A DNA stretch of 63,940 nt, the filler included, from Phoronis australis (taxonomy: Eukaryota > Animalia > Phoronida), in assembly GCA_002633005.1 (NCBI GenBank). It is 8 parts of 8 records of this genome, joined end to end, with 100 filler letters (N's around TTAATTAATTAA, not from the genome) between each part and the next. Parts side by side here need not be neighbours in the genome. Positions count along the whole stretch, not along the records: positions 1 to 12,087 come from NMRA01001519.1; positions 12,188 to 15,436 come from NMRA01003121.1; positions 15,537 to 39,601 come from NMRA01001364.1; 5 more parts are not named here. The stretch is one strand, 5' to 3'. The notes beneath the pieces are model-generated. The model saw only the letters and a program-made list of their open reading frames with translations. It searched no databases and was not told the DNA's origin. The position numbers and the translations under genes are program-made. Shown one piece after another: positions 11,836 to 24,853 of the stretch. Numbering within the stretch: the stretch's first letter is position 1; each line of letters opens with the position of its first letter.

Positions 11836-12087
11836 TCACCGAAATGCTTGGGAGCTTATTAGCGTAACCTCCCAAAATGGTGGTGACTGAGAGGTGATAG
11901 GTTGGTGAAGTTGGAATGCTGAATTATGGGATAGAATACAGTTTCCATTCCATGAACAAACATTTCTTGCCAAAAGAACATCATGAGTGTCTTGGGTCAA
12001 TGGAACGTAACCATGGTAGTTGCCTCCAGAGTACATAGATATGGTAGATGCCCCAGGGTAAAACATCTCCCCACTCACCACTGTCTC
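11836..12087 (-). other. Possible terminal coding exon of an unidentified gene
   Basis: Stop-free 83-codon frame running out of an assembly gap (ETVVSGEMFYPGAST...SSQAFR*), with a minus-strand AATAAA further downstream at 10507-10512; no recognisable family. Confidence 0.3.
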
Positions 12088-12187
12088 NNNNNNNNNNNNN
12101 NNNNNNNNNNNNNNNNNNNNNNNNNNNNNNNTTAATTAATTAANNNNNNNNNNNNNNNNNNNNNNNNNNNNNNNNNNNNNNNNNNNN

Positions 12188-12608
12188 TGAAAGTTTCTTT
12201 TTCAATTGATCGTATGTCTCATTTTCTTCCGTAGGAAGAGAATCATTTATGACAAAGACTTCCCCCCCGCATAGTGCAGAAGCATGGCTTTCTTGCGCGG
12301 ATCCTGAGTAATGTTCTTTGCCACCAAATAATTGTCAAGTCGCTTAATCCACAATTCCCAACGGGAACCAACCGACTCCGTGGGATGAAGAATAAATGGT
12401 TTAATCGCAAGATCTTCCATTTTTATCCTCGTCGCCAAAATGTTGTGTTCGTAGAACCAGTAAAACAACACAGATGAGAGTAAATTATAATACGTCTATT
12501 CACTTCGAGAACTAATACAAGAAGGGGATGAGCACGTGGCTTGTGGGCATAAATACCACGTGACTATATTCTAAGGAAAACCACAAGTAGCATTACCAAT
12601 ACACAACA
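12188..12608 (-). mobile_element. Gypsy-like LTR retrotransposon 5' end (LTR, PBS, start of gag)
   Basis: 168-bp LTR 12441-12608 bounded by TGTTGTGT...ACACAACA; PBS TGGCGACGAGGAT (12437-12425), complementary to the tRNA-Ser(GCU) 3' end; gag from ATG 12420 (RWELWIKRLDNYLVAKNITQDPRKKAMLLHYAG) with a frameshift in a G run; cut by a gap. Confidence 0.88.
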
Positions 12609-15600
12609 ATGCGTGAATAATTGGCTGATAAGCCACCTCTGGAACTACTTTTGGCTGAATGGATGACCAGGCCATAAAATGATAATTAGCCAAGACCAGT
12701 TACTATAATGTAACAAAGAATAATGTCTTGCATCACCTAGCCTTGGTGGAAAGCTGTATACTGTATTGGCTCAAACAAACGCTTAGAAAAATTCATTTCA
12801 CGGGGAGGGGCGTTTATTGTAGTGAGCCTACGGCAGTTGAAACCCGGTTTCCCAAACGGGTAAAATCGGAAGCTAGGATTCATCAAATTTACGCTCTGTG
12901 ACGTANGTTGTAGCCTATGACAGCCTTTCTACAAAATTGTGGTGCATTGCTATCAACTTCCGTTGTTAAATTACAATAATTTTTCAAAAAATTGTGCTCA
13001 TCATAGGGCGAAAACTTGCCGACTGATGCGTCGCTAAATCGTGATCGTCAATAGGAAAATTTGAACTCTTGCATAAAAATATAGTTTCGACTCAACAAAT
13101 TACCTGAAATCTTCCTTATGTTTTACAATTTTTAAAGTTCATGTGGAGTCCAGATTAATTGCGATTACAGTCCAAGTCTGCGCTACATCGTACCCCACAA
13201 CACGAGAAAAATCTTTGGATGAACACACATGTTGTTGTCACTTGACGTTTGTTTTGAAGTTCGTCTGCGCGTATGAAAGTGAGTGAGCGTGCGTGTGCGG
13301 GTCATCGACGACAGACATTTTTGTTACAAAAGGCGGAGGATTATGCAAGAAAATGGCGTTTACTAGATTGTTTTTCACTTAAACGGCTGCAACATGCAAG
13401 ATGAGTGCTGGTTAGCTCACAGATTTTGTGTGCACAGGCCGACTGTCGTTAGCTCTGCCGTGGAGTATTAATAGTCCAAGGCTCGATCTACATGTTGGGT
13501 ACGAGGTGAACTACCCGGGCTGTGTGAAATTTCTGGGTCTAACGGAGACACTGACGCAGTGGTCAGCCAGTTCGCTGTATCAAAACTATAGTCAAAATCC
13601 AAATTCGTTTTATCGTGTCCCTGTCAATAATAACGGCATGCTAAAGCCTTCTTAAATTTCGTACTTCAGGAACATAACAATCACGTGTTTTGTACACGCC
13701 GCAGATCACATCTCGGAAATTGCCGATTTGACGGATGACAATGAATGAACACAATGAAATTAACAATGTCGTTTTACAGCTTGTAAGATTCATAATAAAC
13801 GTACGTATTTTGAATATTGCAATGCATGTGTTCCAAAATCGAAATAACTTGGGTCCTATATTTTGTATTAGTGCGCGCCGAATGAAAGTAATCGTGAGTG
13901 TTGCTGTGTTGCAAAATCTCTTATCCTGGGCCGATTTGAAAAATTCAAAGTTGTACTCATATTTGTTTTCGCTCCTCTTTTCAATACAGTAAAAACTACG
14001 TAAAACTCTCTCCATAAAAAGTACAGTCTCCTAGCTAGATTGTAATCAGCTGATCATATCCGCATGAGCGAAGTCAATTATCCTCGCTCGTGACTCGATG
14101 AATAGAGCAGCTTGGCGGCATCCCTTTGAGCATGAGCCGAGCGCGTCTCAGCCAAGGTGGATAAATACGGTCTACTTCAATTTTCCATGCCCCACCGTTT
14201 ACCTTAATCACTGGGGTTAGGACCAATCTTATTTAGTGGGAATGTTCACAGCATGCAGTTTTCTGTTGCAGAGAACATTGTGGTATCTTAGTTGCTGAAA
14301 TATGTGAATTCCACAAATTCCGTAAAATCCTTGTTTCTACTGACTTAATACTCAATATGCACAAGCAACATTGACCGCTAAGTTCATTCACAGATGTCAA
14401 ACATGCTCACCGTGACCTTTCGTGCCCTTTTGACCCACAGCTTGCCATGCTTCATCAGAAGACGAGTCATGATCAGAGGAGTCAGCTACAAACAAACACA
14501 TTTTACTGATGTATAACCATTTAAGGCATAAAGTGAAGTCTTATTATTAGTTGGAGTTCTTGTGGCCCTTCCGAGAGACTAGGCGAAATCTACAAGAGAT
14601 TTGACTCGAAATTTGACCGTTCATATCTTGCGAAAATGGAAATTCAATTGAAGCTTGGAACTTAATTTATCAATTTTTGAGAAGAGTCTAGAGCAGTAAT
14701 CTGGCGGTCGCTGGCCTAGACCATCACAGGTAGTTCCGTTCAGAAAAAGTTACATAACTCATACACTTAAAGGTTCATATCATCTTTGGTAGTGATTACT
14801 CTACCATTTGTCTTGGCTATAGTACTTCCAGTACGTTTCTCGAGCTCCTTTTTACAGTCTGCACTTGCAGCTTTACCAGCACCATCAGAAACAACCCTTG
14901 TTTGTAATTGGCCAGACACCTGGAAATATATTTCAACACCTTTACATCTCACGCTATCTGGATAACATTTCACAAAAAAGGTGCAACAGCATGACAATCA
15001 GTGGAGAATTTGTAAAGCATCTTTGACAAGAGCAACGTAAAGCATTGAAATGCATCCCCAGCTGTGCTGCAAATGGTATGTTTTTAAGGTGGTAACATTT
15101 AGGTACTAGTCCACGAGAGCACCAACCATGAGCAGCAAGGTGGGGGTCAGCCGATTTCCACCAAATTTGGCACATATGTAGTCCTATGAGATCTATAAAC
15201 AGCGGTAAAATATTTCCTCAAAATATTGTTTTTCTAAAGTTATAGGTTCAAACACATTTTACGGTTTCACAGCCATGTTTTCATGGTATAAAAAATGTCC
15301 AGTTTTAACTGTTCATATTTTTCCTTGAATGAAAGCTATTGATTTATTATTCACTTGGCTTTGTTTAGTGGTGCCTATAGATTGTTACACAGATGTCTTG
15401 AAACACGATTCCGATTTACCACCCTCATTTAGTAGTNNNNNNNNNNNNNNNNNNNNNNNNNNNNNNNNNNNNNNNNNNNNTTAATTAATTAANNNNNNNN
15501 NNNNNNNNNNNNNNNNNNNNNNNNNNNNNNNNNNNNATGTGATTAAACAGATCATGTGATTAACTAACACCAGCTATAGCTGACAAACATACCCAGACAC

Positions 15601-15737
15601 ATGGCTCAAGACTTCTTTCAAGGAGAGAAAAAATTGAAGACAATGTCAGGATTAGAGCCAGTAGCAGTTCCATAAGCTGGAGATGCTATTACAGTACACA
15701 TTGTCACAGGTAAATAAATACATGTAGCCATCTTGCT

Positions 15738-16082
15738 GTGTCTGTTGAGGAGCAGAGACTGGGCGAAATATTGGACCAGGGGGGCTGCGAGTGTCTTCTG
15801 AGGAGCCGAGACTGGGCGGAATATTGGAGCAGAGGGGCTGCAAGTGTCTTCTGAGGAGCCTATACTGGGCGGAATATTGGACCAGAGGGACAGTGTCTGC
15901 TAAGGAACCAAGACTGGGTGGAATGTTGGACCAGAGGGACAGTGTCCGTTGAGGCGATGAGACTGGGCAGAATATTGGACCAGAGGGACCGTGTCTGGTG
16001 AAGAGCCGAGACTGGTCAGAATATTGAACCAGAGGCGCTGTCAGTGTCTGTTGAGGATCAGAGACCAGGCAGAATATTGCGC
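15738..16082. repeat. Degenerate ~50-bp GC-rich minisatellite, about 7 copies
   Basis: Recurring gtgtc..tgagga..gagactgggc.gaatattggaccagaggg. Confidence 0.85.
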
Positions 16083-16227
16083 AGAGTAGGAATTGGCCAT
16101 GAAAAAACACTGCCCCGCCAGTTTCCAGTGTCCCAGCGGACATTCAGCCAGCTGCCCAGGTTTCCCACTTCAGATATAGAATTTGGTTTTTCATTTACAG
16201 TTGCCAACTATGCATCATTTGTAGACA

Positions 16228-16512
16228 TCAGGACTTCAGTACCACCACATACGTCAGGACTTCGGTACCACCACGTACGTCAGGACTTCGGTACCACCAC
16301 GTACGTCAGGACTTCGGTACCACCACGTACGTCAGGACTTCGGTGCCACCACGTACGTCAGGACTTCGTTGCCACCACGTACGTCAGGACTTCGGTACCA
16401 CCACGTACGTCAGGACTTCGGTACCACCACGTACGTCAGGACTTCAGTACCACCACATACGTCAGGACTTCAGTACCACCACATACGTCAGGACTTCAGT
16501 ACCACCACATAC
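16228..16512. repeat. 26-bp minisatellite, about 11 copies
   Basis: Unit tcaggacttcggtaccaccacgtacg. Confidence 0.95.
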
Positions 16513-16788
16513 ATCATTTCCTTGAATACGCAGAGCTCAATATCCTTTAATTGGTAACCAAGGAATTTCGCCAGGTTCGTTTTGGCAAGTTGACATCATC
16601 CTTTAACATGCTTAAAATCATCAATTATCTATCAAAAACAACCTCACCAGTTGATCAGCTGTTAAATTAGAACATCCACAAACATTATGACACAATATGT
16701 TAATTAGCTGTTCTTGACTTACCAAGCATTTTATTGGTCAATACATACTACGTAATATCGGTACAACCAATCCCAGTACTGGTCATCA

Positions 16789-17025
16789 GGCCTTTATGCA
16801 GCGTACACGCTGGGCATCTTAATGGACCTCCTACCACTAATTTGGATGCCCTGGCAAGGACCCCCAATGTATCATTTGGACCCCACTATCAATAGGAACC
16901 TTTCAAGTTTGGACACACATTGTAATGATTACTAGGAAGCCTATGAAGACTCACAGTGGTGGCTTTTTTTCAAAGCAGGAAGACATATACATTGTATATA
17001 CTTTGTATCTACAATGTTACTATGC
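16789..17025 (+). repeat. Dispersed repeat, inverted copy at about 24634-24853
   Basis: gcctttatgcagcgta...tatcaataggaacctttcaagtttggacacacattgtaatgattactaggaagc matches the reverse complement of the 24.7-kb segment. Confidence 0.9.
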
Positions 17026-17054
17026 TGGTTTATGGCAGAATAAGAATTGGCAAG

Positions 17055-19511
17055 ACATTGTTTGTAGTGATTGTGACAACCAAATATTTGAGAACATTGT
17101 GTAGTGATTGTGACAACCAAATATTTGAGAACATTGTGTAGTGATTGTGACAACCAAATATTTGAGAACATTGTGTAGTGATTGTGACAACCAAATATTT
17201 GAGAACATTGTGTAGTGATTGTGACAACCAAATATTTGAGAACATTGTGTAGTGATTGTGACAACCAAATATTTGAGAACATTGTGTAGTGATTGTGACA
17301 ACCAAATATTTGAGAACATTGTGTAGTGATTGTGACAACCAAATATTTGAGAACATTGTGTAGTGATTGTGACAACCAAATATTTGAGAACATTGTGTAG
17401 TGATTGTGACAACCAAATATTTGAGAACATTGTGTAGTGATTGTGACAACCAAATATTTGAGAACATTGTGTAGTGATTGTGACAACCAAATATTTGAGA
17501 ACATTGTGTAGTGATTGTGACAACCAAATATTTGAGAACATTGTGTAGTGATTGTGACAACCAAATATTTGAGAACATTGTGTAGTGATTGTGACAACCA
17601 AATATTTGAGAACATTGTGTAGTGATTGTGACAACCAAATATTTGAGAACATTGTGTAGTGATTGTGACAACCAAATATTTGAGAACATTGTGTAGTGAT
17701 TGTGACAACCAAATATTTGAGAACATTGTGTAGTGATTGTGACAACCAAATATTTGAGAACATTGTGTAGTGATTGTGACAACCAAATATTTGAGAACAT
17801 TGTGTAGTGATTGTGACAACCAAATATTTGAGAACATTGTGTAGTGATTGTGACAACCAAATATTTGAGAACATTGTGTAGTGATTGTGACAACCAAATA
17901 TTTGAGAACATTGTGTAGTGATTGTGACAACCAAATATTTGAGAACATTGTGTAGTGATTGTGACAACCAAATATTTGAGAACATTGTGTAGTGATTGTG
18001 ACAACCAAATATTTGAGAACATTGTGTAGTGATTGTGACAACCAAATATTTGAGAACATTGTGTAGTGATTGTGACAACCAAATATTTGAGAACATTGTG
18101 TAGTGATTGTGACAACCAAATATTTGAGAACATTGTGTAGTGATTGTGACAACCAAATATTTGAGAACATTGTGTAGTGATTGTGACAACCAAATATTTG
18201 AGAACATTGTGTAGTGATTGTGACAACCAAATATTTGAGAACATTGTGTAGTGATTGTGACAACCAAATATTTGAGAACATTGTGTAGTGATTGTGACAA
18301 CCAAATATTTGAGAACATTGTGTAGTGATTGTGACAACCAAATATTTGAGAACATTGTGTAGTGATTGTGACAACCAAATATTTGAGAACATTGTGTAGT
18401 GATTGTGACAACCAAATATTTGAGAACATTGTGTAGTGATTGTGACAACCAAATATTTGAGAACATTGTGTAGTGATTGTGACAACCAAATATTTGAGAA
18501 CATTGTGTAGTGATTGTGACAACCAAATATTTGAGAACATTGTGTAGTGATTGTGACAACCAAATATTTGAGAACATTGTGTAGTGATTGTGACAACCAA
18601 ATATTTGAGAACATTGTGTAGTGATTGTGACAACCAAATATTTGAGAACATTGTGTAGTGATTGTGACAACCAAATATTTGAGAACATTGTGTAGTGATT
18701 GTGACAACCAAATATTTGAGAACATTGTGTAGTGATTGTGACAACCAAATATTTGAGAACATTGTGTAGTGATTGTGACAACCAAATATTTGAGAACATT
18801 GTGTAGTGATTGTGACAACCAAATATTTGAGAACATTGTGTAGTGATTGTGACAACCAAATATTTGAGAACATTGTGTAGTGATTGTGACAACCAAATAT
18901 TTGAGAACATTGTGTAGTGATTGTGACAACCAAATATTTGAGAACATTGTGTAGTGATTGTGACAACCAAATATTTGAGAACATTGTGTAGTGATTGTGA
19001 CAACCAAATATTTGAGAACATTGTGTAGTGATTGTGACAACCAAATATTTGAGAACATTGTGTAGTGATTGTGACAACCAAATATTTGAGAACATTGTGT
19101 AGTGATTGTGACAACCAAATATTTGAGAACATTGTGTAGTGATTGTGACAACCAAATATTTGAGAACATTGTGTAGTGATTGTGACAACCAAATATTTGA
19201 GAACATTGTGTAGTGATTGTGACAACCAAATATTTGAGAACATTGTGTAGTGATTGTGACAACCAAATATTTGAGAACATTGTGTAGTGATTGTGACAAC
19301 CAAATATTTGAGAACATTGTGTAGTGATTGTGACAACCAAATATTTGAGAACATTGTGTAGTGATTGTGACAACCAAATATTTGAGAACATTGTGTAGTG
19401 ATTGTGACAACCAAATATTTGAGAACATTGTGTAGTGATTGTGACAACCAAATATTTGAGAACATTGTGTAGTGATTGTGACAACCAAATATTTGAGAAC
19501 ATTGTGTAGTG
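17055..19511. repeat. 37-bp tandem satellite, about 66 identical copies
   Basis: Unit acattgtgtagtgattgtgacaaccaaatatttgaga, head-to-tail with no spacers; ends at a single N (19512). Confidence 0.97.
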
Positions 19512-20684
19512 NGGGGGGTTCAGCATTGACACTGGCATTGTTAAGACATAAGTACAGATGTTAGTAATTTCAAAATGATCATAGTTACCAAATTCGATCC
19601 ATTTTCGAACCAGTTTCATTTATAAAGGCTACCATAACTGTTGTGAATGCTCACGGTTTCTCATAACATTGTCATAAACAACTAGTTTGGTATTAATTAT
19701 CTTTCAGCAAAACATCAAAAATTAAATTTCACTTATCTACCATATTTCACCTTGAATTGGTGAGATTTGAACAAAAACCGACTGAATAAGGCTCTTTTCA
19801 GAAATTATGCACTAACGAAAATTCAACGTCCCAGTGGTTCAGCTCCCCTTGACAGCTGCCGATCTGTAAGTTTCAGAATGTCTGTTGACAAAAAGAGTCC
19901 ATAACATTCAAAGCCGGCAAGTTGAACTTTTGTTTGTGTAAGAAAAAATTTGATTTAGTCAGTTTGACAGGATTGATAATATTTAGCGATTACCAAATAC
20001 TGTTTTATACATGTAATTGGACGAGCTTACTAGTAAATGTCCAGTATTACTAGATGGAGACCGAGACTATGAAATTAGTATGAACTGAAACTGAACTGGA
20101 TTGTTTATTAGTCTACTTAAACAAAATCCATCTTCCAAATTTCTAATCCCGTCTAAAATCAAAAAGAGACTAAAACAATTTAATATAAAATCCAATCAGT
20201 GAAGTTGACATTATGATTACAAAAACATGACATAAACTTGTACCTTCTTATAGCCTAAAACAAACAACTCATAGGTTTGTTGATGCTCTGCTATGAAGCA
20301 TTCTAAGCTGGACACTGTCAGGCTCCAGAATTATGCAGTATGCATTTCTTTTGGGATTTTATCATCAAATCACCACTCAAGACAATTGTGGTCATAGGAC
20401 TACACTCAAGACAATTGTGGTCATAGGACTACACTGTATTTACTATTTAGACTATGGATCATCGAGCACCTGGGTATCACACAAGTGGGGACCTTTGGCA
20501 GGCAGACATAATCATGAGCAAGGCCTTGAGGCTGATGACTGCGAAAGCACAGTAACCATTGCTTGTTGGCCGCATGTTTAAGTGTTACAAATTTACCAGT
20601 ACTTGTATTTTAGAGTTGGAGATTTTTGCCTCATGTTCACTAACGTGACCTGCTTATCCACCCCCCTCCCCCTGCCCTCCTGAG

Positions 20685-21880
20685 AAGTCCATAGATCATG
20701 TTGCTATAGATACCTTTAGAGGGACACCTTAGAAGTATGTAGATACCTTTAGAGGGACACCTTAGGAGTCTGTAGATACCTTTAAAGGGACACCTTAGGA
20801 GTATGTAGATACCTTTAGAGGGACACCTTAGGAGTCTGTAGATACCTTTAGAGGGACACCTTAGGAGTCTGTAGATACCTTTAGAGGGACACCTTAGGAG
20901 TCTGTAGATACCTTTAGAGGGACACCTTAGGAGTCTGTAGATACCTTTAGAGGGACACCTTAGGAGTCTGTAGATACCTTTAGAGGGACACCTTAGGAGT
21001 CTGTAGATACCTTTAGAGGGACACCTTAGGAGTCTGTAGATACCTTTAGAGGGACACCTTAGGAGTCTGTAGATACCTTTAGAGGGACACCTTAGGAGTC
21101 TGTAGATACCTTTAGAGGGACACCTTAGGAGTCTGTAGATACCTTTAGAGGGACACCTTAGGAGTCTGTAGATACCTTTAGAGGGACACCTTAGGAGTCT
21201 GTAGATACCTTTAGAGGGACACCTTAGGAGTCTGTAGATACCTTTAGAGGGACACCTTAGGAGTCTGTAGATACCTTTAGAGGGACACCTTAGGAGTCCA
21301 TAGATACCTTTAGAGGGACACCTTAGGAGTCCATAGATCATGTTGCTGTAGATACCTTTAGAGGGAAACCTTAGGAGTCTGTAGATACCTTTAGAGGGAC
21401 ACCTTAGGAGTCTGTAGATACCTTTAGAGGGACACCTTAGGAGTCTGTAGATACCTTTAGAGGGACACCTTAGGAGTCTGTAGATACCTTTAGAGGGACA
21501 CCTTAGGAGTCCATAGATACCTTTAGAGGGACACCTTAGGAGTCTGTAGATACCTTTAGAGGGACACCTTAGGAGTCTGTAGATACCTTTAGAGGGACAC
21601 CTTAGGAGTCTGTAGATACCTTTAGAGGGACACCTTAGGAGTCTGTAGATACCTTTAGAGGGACACCTTAGGAGTCTGTAGATACCTTTAGAGGGACACC
21701 TTAGGAGTCCGTAGATACCTTTAGAGGGACACCTTAGGAGTCTGTAGATACCTTTAGAGGGACACCTTAGGAGTCTGTAGATACCTTTAGAGGGACACCT
21801 TAGGAGTCTGTAGATACCTTTAGAGGGACACCTTAGGAGTCTGTAGATACCTTTAGAGGGACACCTTAGGAGTCCATAGA
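20685..21880. repeat. 33-bp minisatellite, about 35 copies
   Basis: Unit tagatacctttagagggacaccttaggagtctg; variant insert catagatcatgttgc at about 20690 and 21332. Confidence 0.97.
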
Positions 21881-21944
21881 TTACATTAGTTCCTTACAAA
21901 TATTTTCATAATCAAACTTTTTTTCCAAACAGCCCTTTAATTTA

Positions 21945-24357
21945 CAGGACTCGACATAAGGAGCTGCAAGACGCAAATGCGACCTGAAATTTGGAAATGT
22001 GAGCTGAGATTTTTGCGAGCTCGCATCAAGTCGTAACATGCGACCTGGAATTTCCAACATATGCGAGCTGAGTTTTCGCACCTATCAGCAGATACCTGAC
22101 AAAAAAATATAAAGCAATTCGTGTGTATCCAACCGCTATTTGGTTGTTGCCTAATCAAGTTCAAAAGAACACTAACCGAGAACAGTCCTCCCGAGGACTT
22201 GTCAACATGTCGCATGAACAAGGGATGATGCAGAATCGATCTTCGATTATGTGCGTTTTATTGCAGCTAACATTTTCAGCGACTTAAAATTTCCAGATGT
22301 GCCTGACTACAGCACATCAGCGGTGTTTCTACTAATTCTTAAACAATCAACTTACTAAACTTTGTGGTGGAAGAACATATTTATTTTTTACGTATGATGC
22401 CCTTATGGTCAGTCCCGCTGTTAGCGCGCAAGCGCTCCCGTGGCAGACGATCGTGACTTGGAACTTAAATGTGCCTCTCCGCGTTTCATTCTTTATTGTA
22501 AAAGACTGCAACCGTGAAAATGACAACCCTACTAATTGTCAAACTAGCTTTCAGCAAAGTAGTTTTTGAGTGGCCAATAAATTCTCTGCTACTCTCTCAC
22601 GGTTCGTAGAGGAACGTCGAGGCCCCCGTTTGCATAAATGCTTCATTTCTTTTTCCCTGTCAAAACAGCTTATGGTACATCCAGTTTCTATGAACTGTCG
22701 ACTGAGTCCAGAAATCTCCCTGGGCATGTGCCCGACCGTAATGCAGCCCCACTGCACTCACACCCAGTCTTTGTCGTGTGAGTTGTATAATGAAACCTCG
22801 GCCCGTAGCGGAGATCTAAATCCGCAGACTATTATAAAAAATAAATTGAACTTTTGACAAGCTGACGGCACTGTTAACGGGCCGGAGTGAACATACGACA
22901 GAGAAAATTTATTACAATTTAGTAACAGCAGAACCAGGATTGCAAGGGCCTAGATTACAGGAACGAACCAGGATTGCAAGGGCCTAGGTTACCAGAACGA
23001 ACCGCATTCATAATAAAGCGTAATTAGCATGGAAGAAGGTAACACAGTGACACCTGTAGCAGCAACTTAAACAGTCACTTGTAAGAACTACGTGGGGCCT
23101 AGTCCAAGGTTAAATTGTGATCTGGCCTACTCCAGGTTTGGGAATAGCAATTCCAAACTTTTGTTGATTGAATATACACCAGTCGCATAAAGCAACAGTT
23201 CTAAAATTTTCAAATTAATTCCTAGATACGTAACCGAACTTACCACAAAGACCTAAATTTACTATCTCGTTGACGGGAACGGTGTTTCACTAAGATCTGT
23301 TTGAGCGACAGGTCGCACACGCTGCCCCAGAAACAAACCCGTGTTACATATACTGCAGCTGCGTCGTCTGTTTGGTGTGCGAACAGCTTAACGTGCAGAT
23401 GTTGAACACCAATGGATACAATTGCGAATAATCAGTCAAATAAATATATTTCCTGTTACAAAGTTTGATAAGTCGATTGTGTTCAGAGTCAGTAACATAG
23501 CTGTTTACATTTTTGAGGACATCGTGTGAATTTGCACGGATGTTAAAACTGTCTAAAACTGCAAATCAAAAAGTTGCTGGCATTCGTTCCCATAAATTTG
23601 AAGACTTCGGACACGGCCGATTTTCCAGTCTTCCTCACATTTTTCGAATTTCGGACAGCCAATGTTGCCTAGTTCTAAAATTTAGGACAGGCTCAAAATA
23701 TTTACAAATTTCCTAGTTGTTGAGTACATAAACAGCATAAGTGTCACGTCTTTTGTGAAATTTTCACTGAACTGTTCCAGTGCATCCCAATAGGTCATTC
23801 GGCCAGGGCAACATTTAACAGATTTTTTCGACAGGATGTTTTCAAACATAGAGTTAAGTTGCAAAGTCTGGACTGCGAACAAAAATTGGAGGGCGTTTGC
23901 ACTGAGAGTTACATTACAGTTTGGATATTTAACGACTTTGATATCAGTCTTATAGCAGGTCAGACCTACCGGATACTTTTTCAAAGAGTATTTTCTCCCT
24001 TTTCCCGTTGCTAACTTAACTAGTCGAATGCACGTGTCGGTTACTAGAGAGCATCGATTCAACTTTCACGTCAGCAACTAACCTTGCACACTACAGCACT
24101 TCAAAGGCAGTCATGAAGAACAGTAACGCCGTACCTGTATGTAAGAACTCAACTTTGCGACTTGAAATTTGTGAGTATACAACGATGCATAATCTAAACA
24201 TTTTCTCGGTCATCTAAAAAACAATTTTGGTGCATAAAAAGGGCGGAAAATTTTGCGACCTTGCATTTATGAATGCGAGCTGGATTTTCAAAAATGCGAC
24301 CTGGGATTTTGGCTAGGTCTCGAAATGCGACCTGGCAATTTTGATAGTCGAGCCCTG
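21945..24357. mobile_element. hAT-like DNA transposon remnant with HIRAN-like coding relic
   Basis: Termini CAGGACTCGAC and GTCGAGCCCTG are 11-bp imperfect TIRs; clusters of atgcgacctg/atgcgagctg subterminal repeats at both ends; minus-strand VGHMPREIS..F.E.G.TISC at about 22660-22745; no TSD seen. Confidence 0.65.
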
Positions 24358-24633
24358 ATTCAGTTGCCCAAATCAGCAAATGGCCACAGGCCTTTATCCA
24401 GGATTTCGAAAACAGGGTGTCTAAAATGGGGTTCCCAATATTCCAGGGCGTCCATGATTCCGACGTGTAACACCCCACCCCCAGCAATCCCCGCAAACAC
24501 ACAGATTTTTTTACAAAAATGCATAGACCAAGGTTTTTACATCTAAGTTTACAAAACAGCCTTCTGTAGTGAGCATTTTTACTAAAAAAAATGTGTAGAC
24601 CAAGACTTTTACAATGCTATCAACCAAGTGTGA

Positions 24634-24853
24634 GCATAGCAACATTGTATACTTTGTATATACATTGTATATTTCTTCCTGCTTTGAAAAAAGAGCCACT
24701 TTCTGTGAGTCTTCATAAGCTTCCTAGTAATCATTACAATGTGTGTGTCCAAACTTGAAAGGTTCCTATTGATAGTGGGTGTCCAAATGATACATTGGGC
24801 ATCCTTGCCTGGGCGTCCATTTGGAGGCCCAGGACATACGCTGCATAAAGGCC
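24634..24853 (-). repeat. Dispersed repeat, inverted copy of 16789-17025
   Basis: Reverse-complement similarity over about 220 bp. Confidence 0.9.

Noticed and set aside
12088-12187. TTAATTAATTAA motif inside N runs (also near 15481, 39646, 43847, 46846, 54546, 61661)
   Set aside because: Identical all-frame-stop spacer in ~100-nt gaps; an assembly marker, not biology.
12819-14175. CpG-rich 1.3-kb block that looks like a non-autonomous element
   Set aside because: No convincing TIRs, TSD or coding relic could be defined by eye, so it was left unannotated.
15652-16557. ORFs of 163 and 168 aa
   Set aside because: They run through 50-bp and 26-bp minisatellites whose unit lengths do not keep frame.
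17055-19511. CRISPR array (37-bp repeat)
   Set aside because: Units are contiguous with no spacers, there are no cas genes, and the context is intron-containing eukaryotic DNA.
16941-19619. 811-892 aa ORFs as protein-coding genes
   Set aside because: They are a by-product of a stop-free satellite unit and cross an N junction; no independent support.
20640-21341. 233-aa (LLRCPSKGIYR)n ORF
   Set aside because: Translation of a 33-bp minisatellite that extends beyond the ORF.
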